64,000 nucleotides of DNA from Candidatus Algichlamydia australiensis (GCA_033977065.1 JAXCHI010000003.1:1-64000), one strand, 5' to 3'; shown: positions 1 through 9,493, counted from the stretch's first letter. Translations and numbers: made by a program. The notes: generated by a model from the sequence alone, not told the origin.

Positions 1-1746
1 GCTATTTTCTTCTAAAATAACGGTAAGAGATCCTTCAATTTTAACATGGCGCATGATGCACTTTGCTCTGCGGTCAGAAAAACAGAGCCGGTTATGATGA
101 ACGTGACCTGTGACAAATTGCGATTGAATCTGCAAATTTCCCTTTAGATGCAGGTTTTCTAAAAGTAGATTGGAAATTTCAAGCTGCAGCTCAGACCCTC
201 TTTCCAAACGCCCCCCAATAATTTTTTTTGCGATGTCACAATAGAGAGGACCAAGAGCGGGGTGGTACTGAAAGAGAAAGGCGGGACCACTCTTTACAAA
301 CTCCTCTTCACTCTCGAATTCAGGAATTTCCATTCCACAGACATCCCTTAAAAGTTCCGCTCCATTTTGCAAATAATCAAAAAGCGCCCCAAGAGGAGTT
401 TCCAAAAGCCCCTTCCCCTCCTCATACTCTCGCTTGGTTGCAGAGAGAGTTTTGCGCCTTTTATGAAGAGTGAGATAACTCTCTTCAATCGGAATAGTAT
501 CTGCAATATTTTGCATTGTAGTCTCAAGACGAGCAAGACCATTTTTAAAGTTGACAATCATGCCGGGGAAAGGATCCCTTTTTGCCACTTCGCGTACGTA
601 CTCTAAGTCGACAAAAAGAATATTTGCGTTAGCAGGGAAAGCAGAGGTTCTAAAAATGCCATATCTCTCAAATGCACAATACTCAATGTTTGAAAGAAAG
701 TTGCCCCTTTCTGTTTTTGCTACAACAATACGCCCCTCTTTTGCATTTGGGGCAGGAGGACAAGTCACAAACCCAAACTTCTTCTCCTGCAAAAATCCTG
801 TGCCCATAAAAGAGAGCAGGCCGTAGTCCGTACCGCTAATTGGGTTGTTGATTTGACGCACCAGAGCCTTAGAGCGACCCAAGCTCGCAAACCAGTCAAA
901 AACCCCTCTACTTTCCATCAACTTCCATAAAACTCCATGACCACCGGGCTTTAATGCTAGATCACCAGAGCTATCTAGAGCCCATGTTCCCTTCTCATCA
1001 AAAGCGGGAACAAGAGGTTGACAAAACAATTTGAAGTTCTCTTCTCCTCTTCCAAACCAACCATTTTTTTCCAAAATTTCGAGAATTTGCGCATGGCCTT
1101 GCTTTACATTAGATGTCATTAAAGCAATTGGTGTAGTCAGCTGCTCGCCATATTTTTGGAAATAGAGAAACTCTCGCGCTTCTAAATCCCGGATCAACCC
1201 TTCGAGCAAATTGCCATTTAAAAAATGCAACTTTGCAGCGGGCAATCCTTTGCCGCTTCCCTGATCACGCAAATGCAAACGCTCAGCAGCACCCCCAACA
1301 GGATAGATTTCGCCCATCTCTCCTAAATTCGCAAGACCGATAGTAATCGCTGCATTTTCCTTTGCAATTTCGACAGCCTTAGGAGGAGCGTAGGAGAAAC
1401 TCTCTTTTTTTTCAGAGAGCTGCTCTAAAACAAGAGCCTGATAGCCTAAAATCCCCCCGACATCAGCATAGAAAGAGTCGACTTCCTTTAAGTCCTCTAA
1501 AAGAGTTTTCAAAGCGAATTCATCTCTTAGCAAGAGTCTACCCTGGCCAGCAATAATTAAAGACTTAAGCAGATAGCTCTCCATTGCAGAAAGAGGAAAG
1601 CGTTGCGGAAAAAAATCTTTTGCAATACCCAATGAGTCGAGATACCGCTCCTTCTCAACAAAAGAGTGCGCCTTTTTTAAAGCTTGGATATGAGTAGAGA
1701 GATCCTCTTTACAACAAGTATAATCAAGTAGAGATTCACTATGCAT
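1..1746 (-). CDS. UTP--glucose-1-phosphate uridylyltransferase, chlamydial/plant UGP3-like (runs off the left edge; absent from the ORF track)
   Basis: Manual translation from ATG at 1746 (MHSESLLDY...). Contains GEMGEIYPVGGAAERLHL, LLEGLIRDLEAREFLYFQKYG, TPIALMTS, LFCQPLVP and KPGGHGVLWKL, which are motifs of the UGP3-type UDPGP family. Confidence 0.85.
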   Translation of the reverse strand, partial: MHSESLLDYTCCKEDLSTHIQALKKAHSFVEKERYLDSLGIAKDFFPQRFPLSAMESYLLKSLIIAGQGRLLLRDEFALKTLLEDLKEVDSFYADVGGILGYQALVLEQLSEKKESFSYAPPKAVEIAKENAAITIGLANLGEMGEIYPVGGAAERLHLRDQGSGKGLPAAKLHFLNGNLLEGLIRDLEAREFLYFQKYGEQLTTPIALMTSNVKQGHAQILEILEKNGWFGRGEENFKLFCQPLVPAFDEKGTWALDSSGDLALKPGGHGVLWKLMESRGVFDWFASLGRSKALVRQINNPISGTDYGLLSFMGTGFLQEKKFGFVTCPPAPNAKEGRIVVAKTERGNFLSNIEYCAFERYGIFRTSAFPANANILFVDLEYVREVAKRDPFPGMIVNFKNGLARLETTMQNIADTIPIEESYLTLHKRRKTLSATKREYEEGKGLLETPLGALFDYLQNGAELLRDVCGMEIPEFESEEEFVKSGPAFLFQYHPALGPLYCDIAKKIIGGRLERGSELQLEISNLLLENLHLKGNLQIQSQFVTGHVHHNRLCFSDRRAKCIMRHVKIEGSLTVILEENS

Positions 1747-1891
1747 GGAACCCCTAAATTGCCATTTCAAAAGCTAGATTGCAAGAAAATCTCTAGAAAT
1801 TCTGGAAGAAATCGTGTAGAATGAGAGTTGACATCAAAAATAGAAGGCATATACAAACAGTCTTTTAGACCTAGTACACCAGGAGTAACAG

Positions 1892-2149
1892 ATGGCAAAA
1901 AAGGAAGCGAACAGCAAGTTCATGAAACCAATGAAGCTAAGTCCAAAGCTTCAAGCAGTGATTGGAAAGGGTCCATACCCTCGCACAGAAGTCACTAAAA
2001 AAATCTGGGCATACATTAAAAAACATGACCTACAAAACCCAAAAAATCGTCGTAACATCCTAGCGGATTCACTACTAAAAGATCTTTTTGGTAAGAAAGA
2101 AGTCAGCATGTTTGAGATGACAAAGCTTCTCAACAAGCATCTTTCATAA
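1892..2149 (+). CDS. SWIB/MDM2-domain protein (chlamydial stand-alone SWIB)
   Basis: SPKLQAVIG-PRTEVTKKIWAYIKKHDLQNPKNRRNILAD SWIB signature; AGGAG RBS; upstream of ispD-truA as in Chlamydia. Confidence 0.95.
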   Translation: MAKKEANSKFMKPMKLSPKLQAVIGKGPYPRTEVTKKIWAYIKKHDLQNPKNRRNILADSLLKDLFGKKEVSMFEMTKLLNKHLS

Positions 2150-2164
2150 AAGAAAAATTTGATT

Positions 2165-2357
2165 AGAGAGTCTCTTGTAACTCAAGTTGCTACCCAATTT
2201 CTTCTATGGAGAGGGAGATTATCGATGAATTGTGTAGGTTCAAATTGGAAGGAATGTTATCTAAACATTTCTAAAATTTGAAATTAAACAAGTCGCGAAA
2301 AGGATCCCTTTAGAGAGGGAATGGGGTAGCAACTTGAGTTCTTGTAAGAGACTCTCT
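2165..2357. terminator. Terminator-like hairpin downstream of SWIB, split by a MITE insertion
   Basis: Arms AGAGAGTCTCTT (2165-2176) and AAGAGACTCTCT (2346-2357) are perfect reverse complements. Removing the insert leaves a 12-bp stem with a GT loop. Confidence 0.6.
2179..2340. mobile_element. 162-bp MITE-like non-autonomous element
   Basis: 17-bp perfect TIRs AACTCAAGTTGCTACCC/GGGTAGCAACTTGAGTT; 5-bp direct repeat CTTGT at 2174-2178 and 2341-2345; no transposase. Confidence 0.85.
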
Positions 2358-2377
2358 GATTGTGCTAAACTGTCCTA

Positions 2378-3022
2378 ATGAAAGCAGTTTCAGCAATTCT
2401 CTTAGCGGGAGGCAGAGGCACCCGGTTTGGCAGTGCTATCCCTAAGCAATTTTTGCCCCTTAACAATAAACCTGTTGCACTCCATAGCTTCCACCTTTTT
2501 CAAAAAATCTCTTGGATAAAAGAAATAATAGTAGTTGTCGATACTGCATATAGCTCACTCTTTCCCGACACTCCGATTGCAAAACCAGGCATGCGTCGGC
2601 AAGATTCAGTACAAAATGGGCTAGCACTCGCTTCCCAAACAAGCATTCTTATTCACGATAGCGCACGCCCCTTTATCACAGAAACAGAGTGCAGCAATCT
2701 CTATAAAACGTTCCTTGAAAAAGGCGCAGCGCTTCTTGCAACACCCGTCCGCTCTACAATTAAACTTGCTACCCACACCCACAGAGTAGAAAAAACACTC
2801 CCCCGAGAAAAACTCTTTGCAGCCGCCACACCACAGATCTGTGATCGCGTCCAATTAAAAAGCGCCTTTGCGCGATTTCCCAATCAAAACTTCACCGACG
2901 ACACCTCCCTTCTAGAAGAGGCGGGTTACCCCGTTCAGATCGTCGAAGGCTCACCGCGCAATATCAAAATCACCACACCTGAAGACCTCCAATTAGCTGA
3001 AAGTCTCTATGCAACGCTATAA
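2378..3022 (+). CDS. ispD: 2-C-methyl-D-erythritol 4-phosphate cytidylyltransferase
   Basis: LLAGGRGTRFG, PKQFL, RQDSV, IHDSARP, TPQ, TDD and NIKITTPEDL motifs. Confidence 0.95.
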   Translation: MKAVSAILLAGGRGTRFGSAIPKQFLPLNNKPVALHSFHLFQKISWIKEIIVVVDTAYSSLFPDTPIAKPGMRRQDSVQNGLALASQTSILIHDSARPFITETECSNLYKTFLEKGAALLATPVRSTIKLATHTHRVEKTLPREKLFAAATPQICDRVQLKSAFARFPNQNFTDDTSLLEEAGYPVQIVEGSPRNIKITTPEDLQLAESLYATL

Positions 3023-3743
3023 ACTTCATATCGCTTACGATGGAAAACCCTATTCAGGCTGGCAGATCCAACCCAACGCACCCTCTATCCAGCAAACGAT
3101 AGAAAATGCCCTAACCACTCTCCTTAAAAAACCCACTGCCGTCCACGGCTCAGGACGCACTGACGCTGGTGTTCACGCGCACAAACAAGTCGCCCACTTC
3201 GATGCACCACTGCTTGACACCTTCCGCATTAAACGCTCGCTGAACGGACTTCTTCCCGCAACGATCCGCATCCTTACCCTTGAAAAAACAGACCCCGACT
3301 TTCACGCACGCTTCTCAGCCAAAGGGAAAATTTACCACTACCACCTTCATCTTGATCCCGTCCTTAATCCCTTCAAAAACGGCTACTGCTACCACGTTCG
3401 AGCCCCTTTCAACTACCCCCTGCTTACGCAAGGCATCCCCTACTTCATTGGAACAAAAGATTTTGCCGCCTTCACAAACCAGTCGGCTATCCAAAACCGC
3501 ACCTCCATCCGCACCATCTACCGTCTAGATCCCATCCCAGAACCTGGCGGACTCCGCCTTGAATTTGAAGGCAACGGCTTTCTCTATAAAATGGTACGCA
3601 ATATCGTCGGCACCCTCCTTGACATCGCAGCGGACAAGCTTAAGCCCGCAGAAATTCCAAAAATCATGGAGACGCGCGATCGCCGCAGCGCGGGCCGAGC
3701 CGCCCCCGCACACGCTCTCTTCCTCCACGAAGTCCTCTACTAA
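3009..3743 (+). CDS. truA: tRNA pseudouridine(38-40) synthase
   Basis: YDGxxYSGWQIQP, GSGRTDAGVHA, FHARFSA and GNGFLYKMVRNIVG motifs. Confidence 0.97.
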   Translation: MQRYKLHIAYDGKPYSGWQIQPNAPSIQQTIENALTTLLKKPTAVHGSGRTDAGVHAHKQVAHFDAPLLDTFRIKRSLNGLLPATIRILTLEKTDPDFHARFSAKGKIYHYHLHLDPVLNPFKNGYCYHVRAPFNYPLLTQGIPYFIGTKDFAAFTNQSAIQNRTSIRTIYRLDPIPEPGGLRLEFEGNGFLYKMVRNIVGTLLDIAADKLKPAEIPKIMETRDRRSAGRAAPAHALFLHEVLY

Positions 3744-3749
3744 TTTCAA

Positions 3750-4475
3750 TTATTTTTCGTGAAATCCCAAGACCGCCGAATAGCGGTGCTCATCTTTTCT
3801 TAAGAAAGGCAAAGACCCCTCGATTGTTTGAGGAACCACAGCGTGAAGGCACTCCCACCTTGCATGCTCTCTCATCCCTAACAAAGAGCCAGAAAGCAGA
3901 GGATAGCGATAAACCTTCTGTGTTATGGGATCTTCAATCTCAAATTCAGAAGGAGCTCCTAAACTATAGATAAACGTTACAATCCCATTCTCTGGAATAT
4001 CTTTATGACGTGGGAATCCAGCCAATTTCTTACCTTCATCCACTGAATACGTATTGAATGTAAAATTCCAATCTAATGCCTTCTCTTTGTAAACCTTCAT
4101 CTCCGGCAGTTGCAAAATTTTTGAAATAAGGTGAGCTTTGACAAAATCGGGAATATTTTGATTTCCAATTCCGTAAGTTAAAGAGTGACCTTTACCTCCG
4201 TACGAATCAAAATACTGAAAAGTTTGATTTGCGAGATGAACCAACTTATACTCTTCACTCGTTTCTAAATTGTGCTGTCTTGAGAGGTAGTTTCTTCCTT
4301 TTCTTGTCTCCGAAGTTATCGATCCCGAAAGAATTTTTTCCCTAAAATTACTAAGAGAACTTAGCAATGAGGCTTCTTCGCTAGATGGCAAAAAAGGCTT
4401 CCAAATAGATAGTCCAGGAACAACTGTCCTAACCGCCATAGGCAAATTCCTACAAATAGAACTCATACAATTCAC
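3750..4475 (-). CDS. AlkB-like Fe(II)/2-oxoglutarate dioxygenase
   Basis: N-x-Y...HKD (HxD), YSLG, GSLL-x-M, distal H (ARWECLHAV) and C-terminal R (RYSAVL); AlkB-type start PGL..PFL..EE..LL. Confidence 0.75.
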   Translation of the reverse strand: MNCMSSICRNLPMAVRTVVPGLSIWKPFLPSSEEASLLSSLSNFREKILSGSITSETRKGRNYLSRQHNLETSEEYKLVHLANQTFQYFDSYGGKGHSLTYGIGNQNIPDFVKAHLISKILQLPEMKVYKEKALDWNFTFNTYSVDEGKKLAGFPRHKDIPENGIVTFIYSLGAPSEFEIEDPITQKVYRYPLLSGSLLGMREHARWECLHAVVPQTIEGSLPFLRKDEHRYSAVLGFHEK

Positions 4476-4753
4476 TCCACAGGTTTGATGCCAGCTCTTT
4501 TAAAAGCTTCCTTTATCCTTTTGTCTGTAATTGCATATCGCTCCTCTCTGTCTCTTAGGTCTGAAATTAAATCTTTCTCTCGCTGAGCAATTTTTTTCTT
4601 TTCTAAAGAAGTCGCTCCTATTCTTGCTGATGCAGCCCAAGAACGAATGTCAAATTCGGAGCCACCTACAGTAGGCATGGAGCAATTAGAGCGCCGAAAT
4701 AAAGATTCCAGCGGGACAAACATTCGTCTAGAAACATGCATTTTTACCCCCAT
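4472..4753 (-). CDS. Small hypothetical protein, translationally coupled to the AlkB-like gene
   Basis: Stop overlaps the AlkB start (ATGA); 5 nt downstream of the methyltransferase; Arg/Ser-rich N-terminus. Confidence 0.65.
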   Translation of the reverse strand: MGVKMHVSRRMFVPLESLFRRSNCSMPTVGGSEFDIRSWAASARIGATSLEKKKIAQREKDLISDLRDREERYAITDKRIKEAFKRAGIKPVE

Positions 4754-4758
4754 CTAAC

Positions 4759-5895
4759 TCAGTATACCGAAGCCACTTTAACGTCTTCTCTCTTTTTAAC
4801 GAAGCAAAAAAATCCTCTATTGTAGCTATCCTTGATAGTAGAAGGAGCCACCTGGGGATCGCTTTTTGACTCTTTCAATTCAATTATATATTCGTACTCC
4901 AAAACTTCTAATTGGTGCCTTTCGAACAACTCAGCTAAAACTCTTCTAGGGTAAATACTTTGAATAATGTTATCACCATGTTTAACAACAGTAATATCGT
5001 CAACAACCATTGTACTAAACACTTTATTTTTGGTTACCATCTCTAGAACTGGCTTTGTCACTCGATCATCAATTGTAAAATTTATCAGCGCAACATCTCC
5101 CGTTTTCAAAATACTAGCCAAATGAGCAAAAGCTTGTTTTCCTGGTTGTGGAGGCATAGCAGAAAATAACTTGTTACAAAAAACAACCTTTCGATTGTTT
5201 TGAGGAATCATGGAATAATTCTCCTCTAAGGTTGCGTCGAAATGATTCAACTCTAATCCCCTATACCGAGCATCAACACTCTTTAAAGCCCCAGCCAAAA
5301 TCATGGCTGGCCTATGAATATCAATACCGATGTATCTTTCTACCTTTAGATTAGTTAATTTCGATACATCTCTTTGAATTAATGCAAGATCGTGGCCAGA
5401 TAAACACCCTATCTCAAAAAAGTTTATCGGTTCATTATTTTTGATATGTCTTTGCAAATATTTAATAACTCGCGCTGCAGTTACAGATAAATATTTATCA
5501 GGGTTTAGAGGAAGAAGCGCTTCTAAAGAAATACTCCCCCCTACCTTATTTTGATTTACATGCCATATTCCCTGATCAAACTCTTTTAGAACCTTTCCTC
5601 TTCTTACACCCAGCCGATCAAGTGCATCCGGAACTTCGCAAGCATATTTAAGACCCATTTCTAGTCGTGTACGTGGATCGAATGTCGCAGCTATAACTTC
5701 AGGATCTCGCTCGAACTCAAATCTTAGAGATGGGGACATCAAATCCATGAAAACATCTGTTATTCTTTCAAATTTTTCATCAGCTGAAAAATGGCTAATT
5801 CCTCTTGAGCAACTTCTCGATACTCCTTGGCGATGGAAAGACGCCAAACACAAACTTCTGTTTAATAAATTCGATGAAACTTTGTTTAAAAACAT
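4759..5895 (-). CDS. Class I SAM-dependent methyltransferase with N-terminal extension
   Basis: Motif I FFEIGCLSGHDL, acidic end of strand 2 (YIGIDI), HFDAT, and post-motif LKTGDVALI. Confidence 0.75.
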   Translation of the reverse strand: MFLNKVSSNLLNRSLCLASFHRQGVSRSCSRGISHFSADEKFERITDVFMDLMSPSLRFEFERDPEVIAATFDPRTRLEMGLKYACEVPDALDRLGVRRGKVLKEFDQGIWHVNQNKVGGSISLEALLPLNPDKYLSVTAARVIKYLQRHIKNNEPINFFEIGCLSGHDLALIQRDVSKLTNLKVERYIGIDIHRPAMILAGALKSVDARYRGLELNHFDATLEENYSMIPQNNRKVVFCNKLFSAMPPQPGKQAFAHLASILKTGDVALINFTIDDRVTKPVLEMVTKNKVFSTMVVDDITVVKHGDNIIQSIYPRRVLAELFERHQLEVLEYEYIIELKESKSDPQVAPSTIKDSYNRGFFCFVKKREDVKVASVY

Positions 5896-6088
5896 AAAAA
5901 TCCTTTATTTTTTATTAAATTAAAGAATTATTTAAATATAAAAATCAATAAATAAAAGATACACCGCATTTGATTTATAAATAAAAAAAGCGCTTCTAAA
6001 TTGATTAGATCAAATTTGATTGCATTTGCATAAAAACAAATTCTTTACATTTTTAAAACAATTCATTTAGACTTGGGGTCCGCTTAAA

Positions 6089-6130
6089 AACTCAAGTTAC
6101 TACCCAGTTTCTCCTATGGAGAGAGGGATT
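6089..6130 (+). mobile_element. Solo left end of the MITE at 2179
   Basis: AACTCAAGTTACTACCCAGTTTCTCCTATGGAGAGAGGGATT differs at about 5 of 42 positions from 2179-2220; it supplies the ATG of ORF 6116. Confidence 0.8.
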
Positions 6131-6763
6131 AAGGAGGGAAACCAGTTGACACGTGAAGTCTTCGACCTCTATCACAACACAATTAAAAACCTTCTTGGGT
6201 GCATCATTCGCAATCAATTAACCCAAAGTGATCATATCTTCGCCGCTCAAATCATCATTGAGGGAAAACCAGTACAGCAATACATAGAAGAGCAGATAGC
6301 CATCATCTTCGAGAAAGGCCCAACACCTCAAAAACTCCTTAAACTTCTTGATCCACAAAATCGCCACCACAAAACACAAAAAAAGTTCTTTGAGTGGCTA
6401 CAAACCGACACAAATGGAGCAGAATACCTCCTTGCCACAATTGGCATTCCGAAATTATTAGAAATTGCAAACTCAAAAGAGGTAGCAAGCAGCAGCTATA
6501 AAAAACGAAGAGACGCTTTAGACCAACTTGCAAACAAGCTTAACTTAGAATGCTTCTCAGCTTGGAAGAGGGCCATCCTAAATACAAACTACTTCCTAAG
6601 CGATGATGAGCTTGCCATGATTGGCTGCGCTTATGACCGCTCCATTGTTCTCATCGAACGAGGAGCCGATAATAACATTACTGCCTGTCAAAAAGGTCCT
6701 GAATATAGGGAGAACCGGGTCTTTGTCTTCGCACAGGGGAACCACTACGAACGTTGTACATAA
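6116..6763 (+). pseudogene. Probable C-terminal fragment of an OTU-like deubiquitinase/cysteine protease
   Basis: LSDDELAMIGCAYDRSIVLI and FVFAQGNHYERC resemble the OTU variable-loop helix and His box. No catalytic D-G-x-C box is present, and the start codon lies within the MITE end. Confidence 0.5.
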
Positions 6764-6906
6764 GCAACCACTAGTAATCAATTTCAGAATATAATGAATT
6801 ATATTCGATGCATTAATTGGATAATACAAAAAAAACACAAAACTATATGAATTAAAAAGAACATTCTGATAACCTACGTCTTTAATCCGTAAACGAGCGA
6901 TAAAGA

Positions 6907-7284
6907 ATGTCTGAAGAAAAGAAAGAAAAAAAGACAAGAGGTGATGAAGACAACGTCTATTTTTCTATCAGATTACCGCCGACACTAACAGAGCGCCTTG
7001 AGAAAACCATTGAACGTTTAAACAAAAGCAATCCAGAAAAGCATTACAAACAGAGTTTCATCTACCACTCTGTAGTAGAGCAGCTTGATAAAGAGCGAGA
7101 AAGAATCACAGAAGGATTGAGACCACGAGAAGAAGGAAAGCAGGTGCGGTTTAAGCTGAAAAAAATTGTCGCTGAGAAGCTAAATCAGCATATGAAAGAC
7201 CTAAAAAACTGGGAGAAAAATCCCGGATCTCGAAACCTCTGGATTACCTGGGCAATAGAGAACAAAATAAACACCTTTGAGTAA
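6907..7284 (+). CDS. Putative DNA-binding protein with tandem ribbon-helix-helix-like units
   Basis: Two units of alternating strand plus two helices: YFSIRLPPTLTERLE..KQSFIYHSV and QVRFKLKKIVAEKL..SRNLWITWAIENK. Confidence 0.5.
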   Translation: MSEEKKEKKTRGDEDNVYFSIRLPPTLTERLEKTIERLNKSNPEKHYKQSFIYHSVVEQLDKERERITEGLRPREEGKQVRFKLKKIVAEKLNQHMKDLKNWEKNPGSRNLWITWAIENKINTFE

Positions 7285-7759
7285 TAAAATGCATAAAATA
7301 CATCACCTTTCAAAAAACTCCCTCTTTGTAATAAGCATGCTACTTTCGCTCTATGCAATAGCTGTTTCATTCGTAGCAGAATCGGTTGGCTATTACCCCT
7401 GTACCCTTTGCAACCTGCAAAGAGCTGCTTGTCTTGCTATATTCTTCACCTCAACTTTAGGCATGTTTACCACCAACAAAAAAATTCCCTATCTGGCAAA
7501 TCAAATTCTCTATATAGGTTTGAGCTTCTTTGCAACTTACCACTTACTCGTCCGTTATTCGCTCTTACCAGATCCGTGTAAAACGCCAGCAGTCCATCCA
7601 AAAGCAGAAAAAAAAACAGGGTGTTCACAAAAGTTTTGGGAGCCTTTTGGTATCCCCCCACAAGTTCTTACTCTTCTTATTGGCTCAACCCTCTTTACTA
7701 CCTCAATCCTTGCGTCCCCAAAAAAAACCAAAAAAAGTCAGTTTACAGATGGTCTCTAA
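7277..7759 (+). CDS. dsbB: Disulfide bond formation protein DsbB family
   Basis: Four TM segments, YPCTLCNLQR (CxxC..QR), second Cys pair, and W-x-x-FGIP. Confidence 0.75.
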   Translation: MSNKMHKIHHLSKNSLFVISMLLSLYAIAVSFVAESVGYYPCTLCNLQRAACLAIFFTSTLGMFTTNKKIPYLANQILYIGLSFFATYHLLVRYSLLPDPCKTPAVHPKAEKKTGCSQKFWEPFGIPPQVLTLLIGSTLFTTSILASPKKTKKSQFTDGL

Positions 7760-7937
7760 CTCGCAACTCGAATAAATTCATTTAAAAGCCTGCCGTGAAT
7801 TGTCTCTCTTCCCAGCTCATCTTTTTCGATCATTTCGCAATTGCGTAAATAGTGAACTAAACCATCCTTTATTTTTTTAGTCTTCGTCTCGATGCCGATA
7901 ATGAATTCTGGTCCCAATCTGTCTTTTATCATTACCT
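7756..7937 (-). pseudogene. Diverged duplicate of the 3' end of ORF 9494..11470
   Basis: 7763-7937 aligns without gaps to 9507-9681 (VMIKDR..PEFIIGIETKTKKIKDGLV.YLRNCEMI.KDELGRETI). Confidence 0.9.
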
Positions 7938-8061
7938 TTTGGAGTAGTTTGCATGGACTCTCTTTCTGTTTTCGTGCTTGTCTTCTCAAGTGCCCCTTAT
8001 CGAAGATTAATACGCGAAAAAAGAGGCCTTATCAGAATTTAAAAATTTTAGCATAATTCTT

Positions 8062-9195
8062 TTATGTTCCCTCTGATAGCAAAGCTAGATATTCCCAATA
8101 GCTGTAACGTCTGTCCCTTCGTTTTCCAGTAATCTCTTTTAATATTTCAATTTTAACAAATTGGTCTACCATTGACTTAGCTCCTTGATAGGAAATTTTA
8201 AGGTGATCAGCAATATCACTAATGCTCAAGTGAGGTTTTTCAAACAAATAGTCAAGTAACGCAATTGCGTATGGAGTTGAAAGTTTCTTTTTGATAAGCC
8301 TCTTTTTATGCTCCTCTTGTAATTTAAGAATATTTTTGATGGTTTTAAGTGCAGATTCACATGTCCAAATAACTCCCTTCAAAAAGAACTTAATCCATTG
8401 CTCATAATCACCACTCTCTCTGACTAAATTCAAACGATCGTAGTACTCTTGACGGTGGATTTTAAAATAATAACTTAAATAAAGGAGAGGGTGCTGAAGA
8501 GCTCCTTTCCAATAGAGGTAAAAAGTGATTAAAAGCCGTCCCAAACGCCCATTTCCGTCTAAAAAAGGATGGATCGTTTCAAATTGATAGTGGATCAGAG
8601 CACAATTAACCAATAACGGAAGATCGACGTCTTCATGTAGAAAAAGCTCTAATTGCCCCATTGCAGCAACCGCTTCTTCTGGCGGTGGCGGAACAAAGGA
8701 AGCGTTTGCTATTGTAGACCCCTGAGGTCCAATCCAATTTTGACTTCTTCTAAACTCTCCTGGTATCTTCTCTTGACCCCTAGTTCCTGAAAGCAAAATT
8801 TTATGAATTTCCTTGATCAATCGAATACTCATTGGAAACTCGGTCAGCCTCTCCATACCATAATTTAGTGCCTTGATGTAATTCACAACCTCCTTGACAT
8901 CTTCTATATTCTTTACAGGGACATGATTTTCATACTCAAAAATATCTTCTAATGAAGCTTGAGTTCCTTCAATTTGAGAACTAAGTAGAGCCTCTTTTCG
9001 AACATACATGGCTATAATAAGGTCAAGGTTTGGAACCAAGTAGCCCATCGTATCTATTTTTCCAATTGCGATATTAGCGTCCGTCAATAAATGGTGAATA
9101 TCGTTTTCAATTTTAATTCGTGGGTTAGGAGGCAAAGAATTAGGTATAAATGATTTATATCCAGATGCTTGGGTAATTTTTTTTCCACTTCTCAA
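8062..9195 (-). CDS. Fic family protein (Fic_N + Fic + C-terminal winged HTH)
   Basis: HPFLDGNGRLGR catalytic motif; EALLSSQIEGT inhibitory-type motif; GEFRRSQNWIG; C-terminal HTH followed by EITGKRRDR. Confidence 0.93.
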   Translation of the reverse strand: MRSGKKITQASGYKSFIPNSLPPNPRIKIENDIHHLLTDANIAIGKIDTMGYLVPNLDLIIAMYVRKEALLSSQIEGTQASLEDIFEYENHVPVKNIEDVKEVVNYIKALNYGMERLTEFPMSIRLIKEIHKILLSGTRGQEKIPGEFRRSQNWIGPQGSTIANASFVPPPPEEAVAAMGQLELFLHEDVDLPLLVNCALIHYQFETIHPFLDGNGRLGRLLITFYLYWKGALQHPLLYLSYYFKIHRQEYYDRLNLVRESGDYEQWIKFFLKGVIWTCESALKTIKNILKLQEEHKKRLIKKKLSTPYAIALLDYLFEKPHLSISDIADHLKISYQGAKSMVDQFVKIEILKEITGKRRDRRYSYWEYLALLSEGT

Positions 9196-9210
9196 AATGT
9201 CTTCAAAAAT

Positions 9211-9277
9211 CGTTATTTAAATCTACTTTAATAAGATAGCAAAAACCAGGATCTTATTCAAGTCTCGTTTAATAAGA
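9211..9277. promoter_or_regulatory. Paired imperfect palindromes upstream of fic (possible autoregulatory operators)
   Basis: TTATTTAAATCTACTTTAATAA (9213) and TTATTCAAGTCTCGTTTAATAA (9254), both TTATT-N12-AATAA, 41 nt apart. Confidence 0.45.
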
Positions 9278-9493
9278 AATGTTAACGATTGATAATCAAT
9301 GAATTACATAAATGCTATTGATTGTAGTGTGAGCCTTACCAAACAACCCGCGGTAAAACAACATACAGCGCTTTAAAACCAGCTCAATTAACCTCAAACA
9401 CAATTTGCTTCTCGATATGAGAACTCTATTTATCTCCGGGCTTCTATTTTTATGCGAGAGCTTTCACGTTAAAAAGAATAGCAGAATTTTCTG

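Noticed and set aside
228..826. Short ORFs listed at the window start
   Set aside because: Shadows of the long minus-strand UGP3-like gene.
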